Notes under the pieces: generated by a model
Database searches by the model: none
Told to the model about the DNA's origin: nothing
What the model saw: only the letters and a program-made list of their open reading frames with translations
DNA from: Candidatus Bathyarchaeota archaeon
GTDB taxonomy: Archaea > Thermoproteota > Bathyarchaeia > Bathyarchaeales > Bathyarchaeaceae
NCBI GenBank assembly: GCA_023136395.1
Contig: JAGLRI010000001.1
Location: 1-28,427 of the forward strand
Length of the DNA stretch: 28,427 nt
Reading direction: 5' to 3'
Made by a program: the position numbers and the translations under genes
In this document: positions 25,832-28,427 of the stretch, piece after piece
How the letters are laid out: each line of letters begins with the position of its first letter
Position numbering within the stretch: position 1 is the first letter of the stretch

Positions 25832-27016
25832 ATGCATATGGATGATAGAGCAGTAATCAAATTTGGTGGTGCGGACCTTTCCACTGGCTGGGGGATCAGG
25901 AGATCAGCTGAAATGGTAGTTAAGTCTAGTTATAAAGAAGTTGTCGTGGTTGTTTCAGCTATTGGGAAGACAACAGATAAGTTAGAAGAGATAATATCAC
26001 AAATTAACATTAGCGACCAGGATTACGCTGAAATCGTTTCAATTGGTGAAAGAACTAGTGCTAGAATTTTCTGTTCCGCGTTAAGATCCCTTGGAGCTAA
26101 TACCAGCTATTTCGACCCCAGCTTAGATAATTGGCCATTAATCACGGACTCGAATTTCCGTAACGCTAAACCAAATATGAAGGAAACGAAGAGCCTTGTT
26201 AAAAAATTTTTAGAGCCCATGTTAGGAGAAGCAATTCCGGTAGTATGTGGTTTTCTTGGGCGTGACCGTCACAGAAAAATCACCACGCTTGGCAGAGGCG
26301 GAAGCGATATAACCGCTTTACTACTTGCAAACTGTTTGGAAGCAAATGAAGTGATACTCGTTAAGGATGTGGAGGGTGTGCTTTCATCGGACCCTAAAAT
26401 AGTGCCAAATGTTAAGCCTTTTGATAAACTGGACATCCACGAGATGTTTGCCCTAGCGCAGGGAGGCGCAAAAATTGTTAGAGCAGAGGCATTAACATAT
26501 AAACGTCCAAACCAGAGACTCAGAATAGTTGGTTTCTCATCAAACAACCTTGTAAAGGGAGGAACGGAGATCACTGGCACTTTCAATCCATTTTCCGTAG
26601 AGATTAATCAATATGAAGGCTTATCAGCCATCACTGTGGTTTGCAAAATTAACCCGGAAAACCTTAGTACACTTTTCTCAACACTTCACCAAAAAACCAT
26701 TTATGGAGTCAGTACGGGGAAAAATTCCATTACCGTTTTTTCCCAGCATAAGGACATTGAGGAAACTATTAATAAATTACACAATCGCGAAAACTTCAAA
26801 GCTATCAGCTATAGGGATAAAGTTGGAATTATTGAAGTAACTCATCCGGTTTTTATTGATTCTCCGGGATGGGTTTCGAAAATTGCTGGTGAATTGGCAT
26901 CAAAGGACATTAATATTATTGAGATTACTACGGGCAAAGCAACAATTAACATTTTTATTGACGAAAAGCGCCTTAAGGATGCAAGTAAAGTGGTAGGTGA
27001 AGTGTTTGAAGCGTAA
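25832..27016 (+). CDS. lysC: Aspartate kinase with C-terminal ACT domains
   Basis: KFGG, VVSA.G.TT, GER.S, GFLG, TTLGRGGSD.TA, DVEGV.S.DP. The start could be ATG 25838. Confidence 0.92.
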   Translation: MHMDDRAVIKFGGADLSTGWGIRRSAEMVVKSSYKEVVVVVSAIGKTTDKLEEIISQINISDQDYAEIVSIGERTSARIFCSALRSLGANTSYFDPSLDNWPLITDSNFRNAKPNMKETKSLVKKFLEPMLGEAIPVVCGFLGRDRHRKITTLGRGGSDITALLLANCLEANEVILVKDVEGVLSSDPKIVPNVKPFDKLDIHEMFALAQGGAKIVRAEALTYKRPNQRLRIVGFSSNNLVKGGTEITGTFNPFSVEINQYEGLSAITVVCKINPENLSTLFSTLHQKTIYGVSTGKNSITVFSQHKDIEETINKLHNRENFKAISYRDKVGIIEVTHPVFIDSPGWVSKIAGELASKDINIIEITTGKATINIFIDEKRLKDASKVVGEVFEA

Positions 27017-28058
27017 AGTAGCAATCTTAGGTGCAACAGGAGCTGTTGGACAGAGATTTATTCAACTGCTTCAGGACCATCCATGGTTTGAAATAGAGGT
27101 ACTTGCAGCATCGGTGAGATCCGCGGATAAGAAGTATAAAGACACGCGTAAATGGATTTTAAGTTCTGATTGTCCTCCTGAGATTAATGAAATGACAGTA
27201 GTGAACACAGATATTAAATCAGTAGAAAAAGCAGGCAACGTGGATTTTGTTTTCTCTGCTTTGCCGGGTGGGATAGCAGGACCTGTTGAGGAGGAATTCG
27301 CTATGAAATATCCAGTCGTTAGTAAAGCTAGCGCCCATAGACTAGAGGTGGATATTCCTCTCCTCATACCAGAAGTAAACCCAGATCATCTAGCCATAAT
27401 ACCAATCCAGAAGAGCAATAGGAATTGGAATGGATTTATCTCTACAGACCCAAACTGTTCAACGATACAATTGGTAATTACCCTTAAGCCACTCATGACT
27501 TTCGGTCTCAAAAAGGTTATTATTTCAACGATGCAAGCTTTGAGCGGTGCGGGTTACCCTGGAGTAGCCTCTCTAGAAATTATTGACAATGTTATACCCT
27601 TTATTAATAAGGAAGAAGAGAAGACTGAGTCCGAACCGTTAAAGATTTTGGGAACCTTTGATGGAACAAGAGTGCAACAAGCAAACATTGCTATTAGCTC
27701 AAGTTGCAATCGTGTTAACGTTAAGGATGGTCATTTACAATCAGTTTTTGTCGAGTTGGAGGAAGAGACAAGCATAGAAGAGGTAGTGAAATCCTTTGAA
27801 AAATTTAAAGGAAAACCTCAAAGATTGGGGTTACCTTCTGCTCCTGACAATCCGATAATCGTGAGGGGTGAAGAGAATAGACCTCAACCGAGATATGATA
27901 GGGATGAGGGAAAAGGAATGAGTGTCGTAGTTGGCAGGATTAGAAATGACCCAATATTAACCGTTAAATACATGTGTTTGGGGCACAACACAATAAGGGG
28001 AGCTGCTGGCGCAGGAATTCTCAGCGCGGAACTTATGGCTGTAGAAGGATACATTTAA
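27006..28058 (+). CDS. asd: Aspartate-semialdehyde dehydrogenase (archaeal type)
   Basis: LGATGAVGQ, catalytic PNCST, QALSGAG, CNRV...GH, GHNTIRGAAG. The likely start is TTG 27006 (GGTGA at 26996-27000). Confidence 0.95.
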   Translation: MKRKVAILGATGAVGQRFIQLLQDHPWFEIEVLAASVRSADKKYKDTRKWILSSDCPPEINEMTVVNTDIKSVEKAGNVDFVFSALPGGIAGPVEEEFAMKYPVVSKASAHRLEVDIPLLIPEVNPDHLAIIPIQKSNRNWNGFISTDPNCSTIQLVITLKPLMTFGLKKVIISTMQALSGAGYPGVASLEIIDNVIPFINKEEEKTESEPLKILGTFDGTRVQQANIAISSSCNRVNVKDGHLQSVFVELEEETSIEEVVKSFEKFKGKPQRLGLPSAPDNPIIVRGEENRPQPRYDRDEGKGMSVVVGRIRNDPILTVKYMCLGHNTIRGAAGAGILSAELMAVEGYI

Positions 28059-28093
28059 TTAAACCTATTTTGAAAATCAGGAGAGTATGAGAA

Positions 28094-28427
28094 ATATTCC
28101 TTTCTAAAATACTAGAAAATAGAAAAGGGGCCTTGTATATTGACGAAGTCTCAGCCATAGAACTGTCAAAGAAATTTAACACACCATTGTATATAATAAG
28201 CGAAAAAAGAATCAAAGAAAATTATAAACGCCTCTACAATACTTTTTATCAAAAATACCATAAAATAAGAATTTATTATTCTGCAAAAGCAAACACAAAC
28301 CTATCTATACTAAGGATATTGAAACGCGAGGGAGCATACATAGACGCTGTTAGTCCTGGAGAAGTGTTTTTAGCCTTAAAAGCGGGGTTTACTCCAGAAA
28401 AAATTTTGTTCACTGGAACAAGTGTGA
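28094..28427 (+). CDS. lysA: Diaminopimelate decarboxylase, 5' part (runs off the window; start codon uncertain)
   Basis: Own translation (frame of 28094): IFLSKILENRKGALYIDEVSAIELSKKFNTPLYII...YSAKANTN...GAYIDAVSPGEV..AL.AGF.PEKILFTGTSV, containing the PLP lysine motif AKAN. Not in the ORF track. Confidence 0.9.
   Translation, partial: MFLSKILENRKGALYIDEVSAIELSKKFNTPLYIISEKRIKENYKRLYNTFYQKYHKIRIYYSAKANTNLSILRILKREGAYIDAVSPGEVFLALKAGFTPEKILFTGTSV

Noticed and set aside
98-27367. Many overlapping or antisense ORFs in the track (e.g. 98-355, 13454-13894, 16408-16761, 20048-20404, 26269-26586, 27071-27367)
   Set aside because: They lie within well-supported genes on the other strand or frame and show no motifs or SD; they are shadow ORFs.
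1-28427. CRISPR arrays, IS elements, integrases, tRNA/rRNA, C/D-box sRNAs, RadA intein
   Set aside because: None seen by eye: no spaced repeats, no transposase or integrase motifs, no box C with a matching box D in the gaps, and RadA is normal length. An Infernal/tRNAscan run would be needed to exclude small RNAs.

Overview
This is a gene-dense archaeal chromosomal window. Evidence for Archaea: RadA, TBP, NFACT/RqcH, TrpY, archaeal TATA/BRE promoters, GGTGA/GGAG Shine-Dalgarno (SD) sites and frequent TTG/GTG starts. A TACK/Bathyarchaeia-like host is my impression only. The left half is housekeeping: two-subunit class I fumarase/tartrate dehydratase, radA plus a hypothetical gene, an EMC6/OPTI(Rab5ip)-like 3-TM protein head-to-head with rqcH, a CBS-Zn-ribbon protein, dihydroorotase, class V aminotransferase, nitrilase, NMN adenylyltransferase, AMMECR1, cupin, an AT-rich glycosyltransferase, TBP and Mut7-C RNase. 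The right half is an amino-acid biosynthesis supercluster, trpB2 - trpY - trpEGDCFBA >< lysM-like Lrp <> dapA-dapB-lysC-asd-lysA (lysA is cut by the window edge). The most interesting signal is regulatory. (i) Paired TGTACA TRP boxes lie at all three trp promoters, with identical box-box-BRE-TATA geometry at trpB2 and trpE. (ii) An unannotated SD-led Trp-containing leader ORF (MGYCIWR*) lies directly before the SD-less TTG start of trpE, suggesting a translational Trp-sensing layer. (iii) A LysM-type regulator with two palindromic operators sits at a diaminopimelate (not aminoadipate) lysine operon. I saw no CRISPR array, transposase, tRNA or rRNA. All family assignments come from motif recognition by eye; no searches were run.
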